64,000 nucleotides of DNA, taken from Williopsis jadinii. Lineage: Eukaryota. Position 1 is the first letter of the stretch. Every line of letters begins with the position of its first letter. Both the position numbers and the translations under genes were made by a program. The notes under the pieces are model-generated. The model did not search any database. It was not told the DNA's origin and saw only the letters and a program-made list of their open reading frames with translations. The stretch is taken from NCBI GenBank assembly GCA_024346625.1, contig AP024664.1:1674001-1738000 (forward strand), given 5' to 3'. Positions 10,722 to 22,264 of this stretch are shown one piece after another.

Positions 10722-12002
10722 TCAATTCACTAAATGAACCAACTCTTTCTGTAAATCATCCAAGTTGTAGAAATGCAAATCATCACCAAGAGTTGTGTCC
10801 CTTGTGATACTTACGCATTCAACACCCAAGGCTGAAATGAGCTCAACATCAACTTTGATCTCGCTGTTTTCCATGTAGAACAAATGCGTTAAGATATCGG
10901 TAACGACGAATTCTTGCGCAGAACCGTTGCTTCCAACGTTACTGTACTTCAGAGCCTTGTAAGCCATTTGTATGAAATCATACGCAGACATTCCAAACGT
11001 TTCCCTATCGAGGTTACCGTTTAACAACAGCACTTTTTTCGAACTCGACTGGCAAATGGTCTGTCCAATGCCTTGCAGAATCAGAACAGGTATGATACTT
11101 GTCATCAGGGAGCCTATGGAATATACAATCAACGATGACTCGCCCAATACTTTCAAAGTCCTGGAGTTTGCCCTTGGATGGATCTCTTCGCCGTACTGAT
11201 TGATGTAAAATATCCTCTCTATTGGCGATTTCAAAGGCTCGGAAACTTCTTTGGAGAATTTCAACTGGCTTATCAACAAATCAGGGTGCTGATACGGAAT
11301 ATCTTCGTCCTGGTTCAACAGATCGTCCAGCCCGTTGTGGAAATTCACGGATGTGGTAGACCCTAAAACCTGTTCTGAATCGTGTTCATGGGGATGCGAA
11401 ATTTGGGATTGGCCAGTAATAACGTCTCCATTGTTCAACCTGGCTGAGATGTGATACGTATAGTTCGTGTTCAAGCAAGGCACAACTTTGACACCAGGGT
11501 CAATCCGTGTCATCCTCAGGATCAGCTCAATGGCCGAGTCCAAAGACCCAACAAAGAGCCTGGCGCCTGTCAATAACATGTTACCAACACTTGCCAGCTC
11601 AAACCTGAAGTTTGTAGCAGGGTTCCGTGATTTCTTCAGCAGCTCCATGTGGACATGGATCAGAAAGCTTCGTACCATCTCTTTACACTGCGGCTCGATT
11701 CCATTCCAAATCTCGTGCGTCCCTTCCACGATGAGGGTCCACTCATCCTTGGCCTCTTGCGGGTCCTCGCTCAACCGATGGCTCAGCAGCGTCTTGAATC
11801 CTTCGTCTGGGATCAACCGCGTTATCCTGGAGCGTATGTCGCCAATAGCTGGTCCGCCAAGGACACGAAGAATCTCCGATGTTGAGCCACCATTGTCGCT
11901 GATGGGCAGCACAAAGGAGATGTTCGAAGATAGCGACTGGAAGAGCGAGACAAGCGAGTTGGTGGCGGTCCCACCAGATATCACCACGATTTCCTCGTTC
12001 AT
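10722..12002 (-). CDS. CofD/UPF0052-family protein (YNL011C-like)
   Basis: VVISGGTATN, LPISDNGGSTSE, GPAIGDIRSR, YSIGSLMTS motifs. Confidence 0.88.
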   Translation of the reverse strand: MNEEIVVISGGTATNSLVSLFQSLSSNISFVLPISDNGGSTSEILRVLGGPAIGDIRSRITRLIPDEGFKTLLSHRLSEDPQEAKDEWTLIVEGTHEIWNGIEPQCKEMVRSFLIHVHMELLKKSRNPATNFRFELASVGNMLLTGARLFVGSLDSAIELILRMTRIDPGVKVVPCLNTNYTYHISARLNNGDVITGQSQISHPHEHDSEQVLGSTTSVNFHNGLDDLLNQDEDIPYQHPDLLISQLKFSKEVSEPLKSPIERIFYINQYGEEIHPRANSRTLKVLGESSLIVYSIGSLMTSIIPVLILQGIGQTICQSSSKKVLLLNGNLDRETFGMSAYDFIQMAYKALKYSNVGSNGSAQEFVVTDILTHLFYMENSEIKVDVELISALGVECVSITRDTTLGDDLHFYNLDDLQKELVHLVN

Positions 12003-12589
12003 TTCCTCCTGGCCCGCTGTGTTTACTGCTCTGCTGACACTCTGTGATGTGCTTTCTTCCGCTTTGTTTTGATTGTGAAGGGCGCCTCGAGCACCAAAGG
12101 GCGGTGTTTTCGAGAAGTGCCAGCCTGCCTAAACCACCGCCATCAACAGTGGCTCAAAGGACGACAACGCGGTGCAATGCTCTGATTTGAGCCAGTGAAA
12201 CTTGTCTGAGCTGGCAACCAGCGGTGTTTCACGTCAACCTCGCCACGGGAACTCGCCGTTTGACCCTCATCTCTCTCTCTCTCTCTATCGCCGTAGCTGT
12301 ATCCTCATCACATCGGAGGTTCATACGCAGTGTTGTTCGCCTCGGATAAACGTCCCAAAGGGGCAACGATCCACACTCACACAACGGCTTGTTTATCCCA
12401 AACGATTAACGGATGGCATACCGATACGTGTGAGTCAACGAGTGTTGAATCCGAGTTTAGAGGCGTTTTTTTTCTTCTGTTGATTGTACCTCTTTCACTC
12501 TTCAATAGCAAGAGAGGTGCTATCTATCTACTGGGGCTTCACGAGAGTATACACACAATACGAATGGAATACTAGAAAGACTAAGAACC

Positions 12590-14236
12590 ATGGCAAAAAC
12601 GGTATTATCATTCCAACAACAGATCGAAGGGTTTCCCTGGTCTCAGATCTTCGTTATCGCCTGTGTTCGTTTTGCCGAACCCATAGCATTCACCTCACTG
12701 TTCCCCTACGTGTATTTCATGGTGAGGGACTTTGGCGTTGCAGATACCGAAGCTGAAGTGAGCAAGTACTCTGGTTACCTGTCTTCAGTGTTTGCCTTCT
12801 CTCAAGTTTTAACGTCGTTCAACTGGGGGAAGTTTGCAGATAAACATGGTCGTAAGCCGACCCTCCTGATTGGATTGACCGGGTCTATATGCTCGTTGTT
12901 GCTGTTGGGGTTTGCAAAGAATTACTACTGGGCACTGGCCGCGAGATCCATTATGGGGTTGCTCAACGGTAACGTTGCTGTGATAAGAACAATGATCGGT
13001 GAAGTGGCTGTGGAACGTCGTCATCAGGCTATTGCATTTTCAACCATGCCGCTGATTTTCCAAATTGGGTGCGTTATAGGTCCTCTTATAGGTGGTTATC
13101 TCAGTGGAAATACTACAAGATTCGCCATCCTGAAACCACTTGTGGAAAAATATCCCTATGCGCTGCCAAACTTGTTCATCTCATCACTGCTATTCGCTGG
13201 AATTGTCATCGCAATATTCTTTTTAGAGGAAACACACTATAAACACAAGTACCGACATGACTATTTTGTCGATATCGGTGACTTCATAAAGATATACGTC
13301 TTTGGAGTGACGCCAAAGACCAGACACTGGCACCTGGATCGTCTAAGCAGTTCCAGAGGACGCGAAGATGGAACAGAGGATGCGATTGATGAGGAGGAAC
13401 AGCCCTCTGAAACTACACCTTTGTATAGACCAGAGGAACAGAACAACAGCGATGACTCAATACAATCTGTGGGGCCTGTGTTGACAAGACGTGAATCAGT
13501 TGCGTTGATTAGAACATACTCTCTACATGAGCCAGAGGATGAAGAAGAAGGTGCTGGGTCAATAAGGGCGCTGTTGGAACCACACATCTTTTATGCAGTG
13601 GTGTGTAACTTCATCATGAGTCTACACGTTACCGTTCACGATGAGTTCTTACCCATATATCTTGCCTACGACGTGGCACGTGATAAAGCTGGACAACTGG
13701 TTTCCAAGTTCCCCTGGAGATTAGTTGGTGGACTGGGTTATACCTCTGAAGATACCGGTACGTTGCTATCGTCCACGGGTGTCTTGGGGGTCTTCTTCCT
13801 CGTCGTGGTGTTCCCGTACGTTGACCGGAACTACGATTCGCTGACAACATACAAATCCTTTATCCTGTTATTCCCAGTGATCTATACGCTGATACCTTAC
13901 ATTGTGCTGCTAGCAAACCATTTGAAAGTTGCACGCATTGCAATCTATACAATGACGTGCCTGAAAACCCTTGGAACGTCAATGTCATTCCCTCAAATCC
14001 TGTTAATCGTGCACAACTCATCGCCCCCTAAACACAGGGCCATGATCAATGGTGCGACAATATCTGTCAGTGCATTGGCCAGATGTGTAGGTCCATTCAT
14101 CTGGGGTTTCTTCATGTCATGGGCGCAGACGTATCAAATTGGCTGGCTCGGATGGTGGAGTGTTTCCGCACTGACACTCTTAGCGATTTATATGAGCTCC
14201 TACCTCCGAAACGAGAACGGTGAGGACGACGAGTGA
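12590..14236 (+). CDS. MFS transporter (YCR023C-like)
   Basis: RFAEPIAFTSLFPY, WGKFADKHGRKP (motif A); about 12 TM with an acidic central loop. Confidence 0.9.
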   Translation: MAKTVLSFQQQIEGFPWSQIFVIACVRFAEPIAFTSLFPYVYFMVRDFGVADTEAEVSKYSGYLSSVFAFSQVLTSFNWGKFADKHGRKPTLLIGLTGSICSLLLLGFAKNYYWALAARSIMGLLNGNVAVIRTMIGEVAVERRHQAIAFSTMPLIFQIGCVIGPLIGGYLSGNTTRFAILKPLVEKYPYALPNLFISSLLFAGIVIAIFFLEETHYKHKYRHDYFVDIGDFIKIYVFGVTPKTRHWHLDRLSSSRGREDGTEDAIDEEEQPSETTPLYRPEEQNNSDDSIQSVGPVLTRRESVALIRTYSLHEPEDEEEGAGSIRALLEPHIFYAVVCNFIMSLHVTVHDEFLPIYLAYDVARDKAGQLVSKFPWRLVGGLGYTSEDTGTLLSSTGVLGVFFLVVVFPYVDRNYDSLTTYKSFILLFPVIYTLIPYIVLLANHLKVARIAIYTMTCLKTLGTSMSFPQILLIVHNSSPPKHRAMINGATISVSALARCVGPFIWGFFMSWAQTYQIGWLGWWSVSALTLLAIYMSSYLRNENGEDDE

Positions 14237-14579
14237 ATTGCAACCGTGATGCTCACATCCTTGTGAGACTTTCTGCTCTTCCGCTTCTACTTCTACCGCA
14301 TCAACAGCGTTGAGCTCTGCATGTTGCGCGTGTTGTGTACGTGATACGCGCATTATTTACATTTTACCCAACTTGGCAGTTTTCGCAACTCTTTATTCCC
14401 GTAGCAACCACTTTCTGTTTCCCGTACCGTGTTTCCGCAAATTGGAGATCAAAACACAAAAATTCTTGTTTTCCTTCCCCCTCCAAAAAACACAGAGAGA
14501 AAATCAAAACAAAACAATCCCTCATTGTAAACAAACCGAAAGAAACACCAACAAATCAACATCAATTGCTGCATAAACG

Positions 14580-15975
14580 ATGAGTTTGAAGTCATTGACG
14601 AAAGCGAAACTTCTCGAAATGGTTCAAAAGTTGAACTTGGAGTAAGTACATTTCCCCGGCTGTTTGGAGCTGCTTTGCCTATTCTCTCAACCTCCATTGT
14701 TTCATGTTTGTTTACGTCTCATGGTATTTGATCATGGGCGCGTGACTCTGTCATATGACAAGCGGATGGGATCCGAAACAGGCAACGACTTGAGACGATG
14801 ACTAACCGACTGCAAACAGTGATGAAGGTACCAAGGCGGTTTTGGAGGACCGTATCTCCTCTCATTTCGATAACCATCCAGAGTTGGTGGAGGATGACGA
14901 ATGGAAGAAGTACGTTCTTCACAGAGTTAAAACCTCTCCTGTGAAGTCCACACAGGTTGACGTTCTGGGGACGTTGGACGGCCCTGCTCCAACCTTACCG
15001 TCGTCTCCAGCGCCAAAGTTGTTTGGTATTGCCTCGCGCTTCAAAGGTGCCTTCTCATCCCCTTCTAAGGACGAGCCTGTTACAAAGGAAAACGGCGTTG
15101 AGAAGGTAGATGATGAAGACGATGAAGACGATGACGACGATGACGACGATGAAGATGATGACGACGATGACGACGATGAAGACGATGAGGACGACGTTGA
15201 AGTGTTAGAGTCCGATGACGATGAAGAGGAAGAGGAGGTTAAAGGCGATGAAGAGCTCTTAGAGGAAGAGGAGGATAAAGACTACGTTCCGAAATTCCAA
15301 TTCTTTACGAATGCTAAGGATTGGGCCATTGAGAAATGGGAATCCACGTACGACTATGTCCTTGACCAGGTTGATGAAACTGTTTACTCTGTTACATCGG
15401 GATCCACAGCCCTTAAGAAGGCTCTCAGTACACCTGAATCTGTCAACTATATCACCTCTGGAGTTGAAGCTGCCTTCTTGGTTCACAACCAGGTTCCTAT
15501 CGTGGAACTACGCTACCTACCTTTCCTCGATCAATCCATCCTTTCAAAATATTCTCGTTATATCGATTTGGATTTGCCGGTGTATGATTTCAGCACACTT
15601 GTCGACTTGAAATTCATTGCTTCCTTCCTATTTTGGGTCTTTTTCTTTGTTGTTATCCCATTGATCGGTTCCTACTACTTCAACTTTGTCGGTAAAAAGC
15701 ACAAAAAGGTTAGATTTGATCCTTTGGTATTCAACGTGATCAAGTTGATCTCTGCTTACCTATTCTTGTCCACTGCTGTTTCCTTTGATGACCTCAAGAA
15801 CAATGCTCAGGTTTGGGCTGATGAGCACGGTCTGTTGGAAGTGACAGACCTTACCCAAAAGATTAAAGCACAAGTGTTCCACATCACCGTTACTTTGAGA
15901 TTGATTTTGGGTAATGTTCCATTCATCAATGGTTTTATTGGTCTTGTCATCGCCTTGTACGTTGCATCCATCTAA
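14580..15975 (+). CDS. GTT3: Gtt3-like membrane protein with N-terminal SAP/HeH-like motif, 2 exons
   Basis: Exon1 14580..14641, intron 14642..14819 (GTAAGT...GACTAAC...CAG), exon2 14820..15975. Product starts MSLKSLTKAKLLEMVQKLNLD/DEGTKAVLEDRI, then an Asp/Glu tract, then C-terminal TMs with FDPLVFNVIK. Confidence 0.7.
15110..15280 (+). repeat. GAT/GAC/GAA low-complexity tract encoding poly-Asp/Glu
   Basis: gatgatgaagacgatgaagacgatgacgac... within the CDS. Confidence 0.85.
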
Positions 15976-17067
15976 GAAAGACAACAACAATATGAATTTA
16001 ACAATTCTGGTTATTACAGATTTTGATGAACGATGTATTATATAGGGTTGCTACCTAGGACCGGTCAACTCTCTCCCTCTTCTTCTTCTTCTTATTCTCT
16101 TTTTCTTGTCCTTTTTATATTATACAAACTGATCTTTGAAAGAAGCCCCATTAGCAGGTGTGTTCCTTTGGTTACATGTTCCATCCTATTGGTGACAAAC
16201 TATTGTACTTTATATTAATACCATACCTCTCTCTACTTTGTACTTTAGAACGTTTGCGTCATGTAGAAGATGCCTGATTACAATAAAACTACATCCTAGG
16301 ATAAATTCTGAATAAACATGATAATTGAATAAGAAGAGTGGCATACAAAGGAGCAAAGGGAAATCTCGATCAAATAGTTCATCAAATGAATAAGACCCCA
16401 TGTATAAGATTAAAAGTGTGACAAACAATCAATCAAACAAGTCACGTTCCAAGAAATGAAATGAAATGCAAAGAATAAAAGATGACAGTACAGAGAACAA
16501 CTCTGAAACGTGTACTTCAACACAACCAAGCTGTTCAAGTGCAAGCATCTTTCAAATAGACCGCAACAATGAGTTGGATCTTAATCAATTGAGCCCCAAA
16601 GAGAACAAGACAAACCCCTCTGATCCCGATATACAAAACTAAACACACACTTCTCAAGCAACCGAAGCAAAATAAAACAAGATAGAATAAAATAAAAGAA
16701 ACAGTAACATAATAGGATATTTCAGGAAAAAAGAGAACGTGGAAGATAAAGAGAAAGAAACAAAACAAGAAAATGGAATGACAAAGTGTCTCAAAGTTGA
16801 ATTGAGTAAGCGTTTCAGGACAAAGAAGAGTTAATTTTCCTTACGAGAAGACATAACAAGACTCCACAACAACATCTGTATTAGTTTCAATGCAAATGGA
16901 GCATATATATGAATGTGTGTAGGGAAAAAAGACCCTCATTTGGCCTTTCGGACAACCACCTAAGCCCAACATCGTTGATTTCACCATTCCCTTTTACTTG
17001 GAATCGTTCTCATCTTCCAGCACTTCTCCTTTTCCTCCATCTCCAATTTTCTCTTCAATTACTCAGC

Positions 17068-17535
17068 TTATTTTGGAGCCTCCTTGAAGGAGATGGCAGC
17101 CTCCTCATCCATAGCGGTGATGATGGTGACCAACAAGTCCTTACCCTCGTCGAAAGCAGCTTGGATGGAGTCACCCAACTCACCCTCTGGAGCCTTGACG
17201 TCATCCTTGGTGTCACCATCCTGGGTCATCAAGTTCAAGAAACCATCGTCAATGTCCAACAATTGGTACTCGGTTCTCTTGACAAATGGAACCTCCATGT
17301 TGTGGGTGGATGGAGACAAATCCTCCATCTTCTTCTGGGTGAAGATATCGGTGGCAACCAAGTGGACCTTGGCGTGACCGTGCTTACCAGTCTTGGAGGT
17401 GGACATGTCGATGATCTTACATGGACGACCCTTGATGACAACGAAACCGTTCTTTCTCAAAGCGGAACATTGCATTGGGTAAGTCAAGGAGGAACCGGCA
17501 TCAGCCTGCTCGAAAACGTGTTCTTCTTCAGCCAT
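17068..17535 (-). CDS. HYP2: Translation factor eIF5A
   Basis: Hypusine motif [16 protein letters not shown]-like AAATTTTTCA/GAAAATTTT motifs upstream. Confidence 0.98.
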   Translation of the reverse strand: MAEEEHVFEQADAGSSLTYPMQCSALRKNGFVVIKGRPCKIIDMSTSKTGKHGHAKVHLVATDIFTQKKMEDLSPSTHNMEVPFVKRTEYQLLDIDDGFLNLMTQDGDTKDDVKAPEGELGDSIQAAFDEGKDLLVTIITAMDEEAAISFKEAPK

Positions 17536-18024
17536 TGTGTATTTATTTGAATAAGACGATGATCTTGAGAGGAAGAGAAAGCCAAAAGGAAAGAAAAAGG
17601 GAGAAAATTTTCAAAAAGGTAAGAAATTTTTCAATGGGCGGCTGCTACGTCGACGTCGAACTGAGGAAAAACGGGCAAAAAAAAGCGCGAGAGAAAAATT
17701 TCTGAAGGGCGGGCGAAATCTTTGGCGTAAATTTCAGAACGGGGAAGCGTGTGTGCCCGTGTAACTCTCAGCACGGTACTGGTTTTTTCCGACGGCTTTG
17801 TGAATTTCTTTTTTTTAAGATTTTTCTAAGATTTTTTAGGCTTTTTTTTTGTTGCGTGCTGGTTGCCCTGGTTACGCCTTTTTTTATCTCCTTCATTGCT
17901 TGCTGCTGCTCATACATACAAATGCTACAAGGAGACGATATACACCGGTGGTGATGGTCCAATGCCTACGAACGAAGGGAGCTAAGCGTACGCAACTGTT
18001 CATTCCTAAAGCAAACGAAGCCCC

Positions 18025-18639
18025 TCACTGGTACAATGATCTCAGCTCCTCGAGAAGCTCAGCCTGTCTCCGGTGCAGCTGTTGTAGCTCGTTGTGGATC
18101 TCCAGCTGTCTCTTCGTGCGGGCCTCGAGCGCTGTCAACGTTGGTGTAGGGCCAGAGTCCGTGTTGGCGGTGCACCGTTGTGGCAGCTCCGACCGTTTGG
18201 CTTCCACAGCCCTCCTTGTCCCCCGCTGGCTGTGGTCCTTCTGCCTGCTAAGAACCCTCCAGCGGTCCCTGACGCTTTTGAGCGACCCTACAACGTGAGG
18301 CTTGTCGTAGTTGGCTCTGATCTGCTCGTACGCCTCTTGCCACACGCTGGCCCGTTCACCATAATTGGCGCTCCAGGGCCTATACTCCGTCACGTACTTT
18401 GTGATGACTCTGTCCAGCTCCGCACTGGTGGTCATACGCGATGCGAATATGTTACGGCGTGGTGGCTGCGATCTCGGTGTCTTCCCAGTGCCGGTAGACA
18501 GGGCCGTCGTCATCAGCGCTGGCTGACCAAGACAATCCTCAATTGGGAGCACTCGTTCCCGCTCCCGCTGTAGATCTTCGTGGTAAAGCTCAGTTGGGAC
18601 TTCAACAGGTGTATTACAGGGTGGTGTGTACGCAGACAT
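18025..18639 (-). CDS. Hypothetical protein with Myb/SANT-like (trihelix/MADF-type) domain and C-terminal coiled coil
   Basis: 204-aa ATG ORF. ELDRVITKYV..PW..YGER..VWQE..EQI...SLKSVRDRWRVL pattern; heptad-like tail LEIHNELQQLHRRQAELLEELRSL. Confidence 0.6.
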   Translation of the reverse strand: MSAYTPPCNTPVEVPTELYHEDLQRERERVLPIEDCLGQPALMTTALSTGTGKTPRSQPPRRNIFASRMTTSAELDRVITKYVTEYRPWSANYGERASVWQEAYEQIRANYDKPHVVGSLKSVRDRWRVLSRQKDHSQRGTRRAVEAKRSELPQRCTANTDSGPTPTLTALEARTKRQLEIHNELQQLHRRQAELLEELRSLYQ

Positions 18640-18855
18640 GCTGCTCTACCGGTGAAATGGCTCGTGCCAGCGATTATAGGTCCTGCTTGTTAGAGGAGAA
18701 ATGTGTCAATTTTACCCCCTCCCACTGCGGACGCGCTGGCTTACAACGCAGACGTCCTACTCTGCAACACGACAAAAATCATAGGACTGCAAATACTTAT
18801 TTCATAGATTCATTAGACAGATATGTATGGATACATCTGTGGGTGTATATGTTCA

Positions 18856-20079
18856 TCACAAGGAGCGTAGGAGAACGAGGTCGTTTTCAATCTCATCGGT
18901 TTTCAACTCGTCCGGTGGTGAATACCTCTTCATAACCCGTTTTAGATGGCCGTCCCTGTTGAAACTGCGCTTGTCAGACTCCGATTCAGAGGTATTGACG
19001 GCACCTGATTGTAACGCTAGGTTTCTGGAGCTGTGTGTTCTCTGCCTTTGGCCTGGTTTGAGCCCTGACGTTGAGGAATCAATCCCTGTGACGGTTTCAA
19101 ATTCTGTGATGGATAAATCGTCGTTCGAAGTAAACAGCTTCTCTGCCCTCGACGAGGAGATATCACACAATTCCTTGTCCATGGAGGAGATCTGTTGGCT
19201 CTGTTTGATAAAATGTTGTTTCAATTTCTCCAGCTTCCTATCTACGGAATTCACAGCGTCTTTGTAGACCCTGTAGGAGTCAGAGTAGAACAGCTTCATA
19301 TTCTCATTCCTCTGGTATCTCCTCCAAAATCTGAGTCTTAGCAATTCCAAATCCCTCTTCTCCAGGGTGTCTTGTTCTTCTCTCAGGTCACAGGATTCAG
19401 TAACAAGAGGTCTCGGGATCATGCACTCCTTCAGCTCTTTTTGGTATGATAACTTATCCTTTGCAAATAGTGCATCTCTATTCTTCTCCTTGAACTTGTG
19501 AAGCTCAGAGTAATATTTGAACACCTCTGCACGACGCTTCCCCCTGTGGTTCCCATTGGCAAATATCACGTCCCCAGGAGTGAACTGGATTGAAAGTTCT
19601 ACAGGCTCCTTACGTGTCTCAAAGTCTTCGTCGACGGTTTCACCTCCATCAGTGTCCTCTTCCTTCGTGGCGTTGCTGTCATCTCTAGTAGTGGCGCTTG
19701 CAATGAACCTCCGACCATTTGCATCCATCTTGGACACTTTAGCTTGGTCTGCTCTTAGGTTACTGATATTAGAGTACTGATTCAACACTGTATCATTTGC
19801 TCCCTGTCTATGAATGAAAACTTTCATCTCATTGTCACCTCTCTGCATGGCCAACTTCACCATACGTAAGTCATCGGCGAACGCACACAGAGCATTGGCA
19901 GCGGTGCCAACCTCATACTCCTCCATCATCGCCGTCTGTTCTTGTTCACCCATCACAGGTGGGTAGTAGAACGCCGGCGGCATTCCCTGTTGAAGGTGAT
20001 CAGGAAGAGGTGGTGGTGGATACTGCGCCAGAGACACCGCACCTTGGGCGGACATTTGAACAGGAAGCCCTTGGAAAGC

Positions 20080-20115
<36 letters not shown>

Positions 20116-20325
20116 ATCTGGAGACATCGACTGCTGTTCACTAGCATGCCTCTGACCTGACCATCTCTCCGCCTGGGCCTTCCCCTGTGGTGGTGCTTGT
20201 TCCTGTTGTTCCTCTGATTGAGGTGGCAGAGCCTGTTGCATCATTGCATACTGTGCCGGTGCTGACGGAGTATTAAGGTAGTACACATTCTCCTGCGACG
20301 TTCTATTTTTCTTACGAGGCGCCAT
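18856..20325 (-). CDS. Sds3/Dep1-family Rpd3L HDAC complex subunit-like protein, Q-rich N-terminus
   Basis: LEKRDLELLRLRFWRRY resembles the Sds3 core (ERDLELVRLRL); C-terminal LKTDEIENDLVLLR; poly-Q from a CAG run at about 20079-20112. Confidence 0.65.
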
Positions 20326-20568
20326 CTTTCCCGTGTCACACTCCAGCCGTCGTGATGCTTATGAAGGACTGACACACCCAGATAACACCAGCCGTTGCTT
20401 TGGAGGAAATACAGGCCTTCAGTGAATTGTATGGATGGTGTCCTTTTGATGCAAGTAGAGATTTTCACACAAACGTTCAAGCAGGGTTAAGTTTTTCGGG
20501 TTGGCAATTGCGTGCGCACGAGAGCAGAATTGGGGGCCGGGCGAAATTGGCCTGGGCGGCAAGAAAAA

Positions 20569-20622
20569 CACACGCAAAAGCACACGCAAAAGCACACACA
20601 AAAGCACACACAAAAGCACACA
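20569..20622 (+). repeat. 12-bp tandem repeat CACAC(G/A)CAAAAG x4.5
   Basis: Read directly. Confidence 0.9.
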
Positions 20623-20689
20623 GCAACAGGAGGTTTATTGTTCCGGGTTGTGGTTCGGGAACGAAGAGGGGGAGAAAGTGAGAGGAAGC

Positions 20690-20718
20690 GGTGTCTGGGT
20701 GTCTGGGTGTCTGGGTGT
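20690..20718 (+). repeat. 8-bp tandem repeat TCTGGGTG x3.5 (telomere-like/Rap1-like)
   Basis: GGTGTCTGGGTGTCTGGGTGTCTGGGTGT. Confidence 0.85.
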
Positions 20719-20753
20719 ATGTTTGCTTATCTCACTACGGATTATGCCTGTTG

Positions 20754-20832
20754 TACGCCATGTCTCTGGCACGCCATGCCTCTGGCACGCTATGTCTCTG
20801 GTACGCTATGTCTCTGGCACGCCATGCCCTCT
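20754..20832 (+). repeat. 16-bp minisatellite (C/T)ACGC(C/T)ATG(T/C)CTCTGG x about 5
   Basis: Units start at 20754, 20770, 20786, 20802, 20818. Confidence 0.9.
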
Positions 20833-22264
20833 CCGGTGCAAGTCACCGTGTAAGCAGAGCGCGTTCAGGGGAAGACGTGCGCAACACTGCACACACTGTG
20901 TGGTGTCGAGATGGCAGACCGTGAGCGTTCAGTCATCGCTGCGACACGGTAGGAACTGGTTTCGCGAAGGCTTCTGCGACGGGACTGGGACGAGGTGACG
21001 GTTTCAAGCCCACCTTTTCTCACACAGGCGCTGCACACACAACGTGCAACTTCTGCTAACACAGTCGTCGACGCGCTCGCTGACACGGCCCTCGACACCT
21101 TCGGCAGAGACGAGGGTCCAGCGCGTGCGCCCACCGTTTTTGCCATGCTTATATAATAGTGGTTGTGAGCCCCGGCAGCGTGCTCGGGCATTTTCTTTCT
21201 GGAGCCCGCGAGCAAAACCCCCAGCAAACCCCCCAGCTGGAAAAAGAAAGGGCCATCATCTGCTTGCGCGCCGCGCCAACGCCACGCGCTTACGACCAAA
21301 ACTCTCCCACGCTGTGCCCAGTGAATTGTTTCTTTTTCCGCGCTCGCTCCCTCTGTTGGGGGGACCATCGCCGCTGTCTCAAAACTCCGATCACAACCAT
21401 AATTACCCGATTACGCAACAGAAAAGGTACAACAACTGACACAATTCCCACACACAGACCCCATAAACTGGCATGGAAGCATCGACAGCTCTGCAGGCTG
21501 TTTCTTGTCCCCGGTTTTGCTCTCCACGTCTGCTCAATATCGAATTTGTACGCTACAAAGCCCACTCCCTCTCACTCCCTCCCACTCCCACCACTTGCCC
21601 TTCTCGCACTCGCAAGCGGCCCTCCGAACGGCATGATGACATAATCAACGGCACTAAAAAAAACGTCCACAACCTGCCAACGTAGGCAGGAAACATCCGG
21701 ACACACACACACTTCGTCGTCTCCCACCACACGACAGCCGACGCAGGCTGCGCAGACCACTACAACGGTGTAAGCGACAAGGACACGGGCATCCACGCTC
21801 TGGCGCACAGGGCACCACCACCACCACCACAGCAACGCCTACGAGCATCCACGGCCCCCTCGCACTTGCCACGGAGCACTGGAAAGATGCACCACCACGT
21901 ACGATGACTAAACTGTACAACTCTCGTGGTGCTGAGCGTGCGGGTTGGGCAGAGAGCGTGCGTAGAAAAAGCAATTCCGCGCGCTACGGCGCCTCCCGGG
22001 CTCATCTCCCTGCCTAAAGCTTAGTGAGAGCTTGCTAAACCCAGGCAGAGACCTGCGCATCAGGCATAAGCGTCTCATGAGCCGGTAAAAAAAAGAAAGA
22101 TGCCCTTTAACGGCCTCTTGGGATGATTCATACGTTATATAGAGGAAGTTGTCGTCTCGTCTGACATCCCTGTAGTGTGTAAAATATATATTCTTGTGAT
22201 TTTATTCCTTTCCCTCCGTCTCTGCTCGCTCTTCTTTCTGTCTCCCCAGTGACTGTCAGTATTA

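Noticed and set aside
15990..17060. Expected PMP1/PMP2-like proteolipid gene near GTT3/YCR023C
   Set aside because: No matching small ORF found by eye; the region looks like convergent 3'UTRs.
20400..22005. Cluster of short overlapping ORFs
   Set aside because: Products of GC-rich, repeat-containing promoter DNA; mostly non-ATG starts, no motifs.
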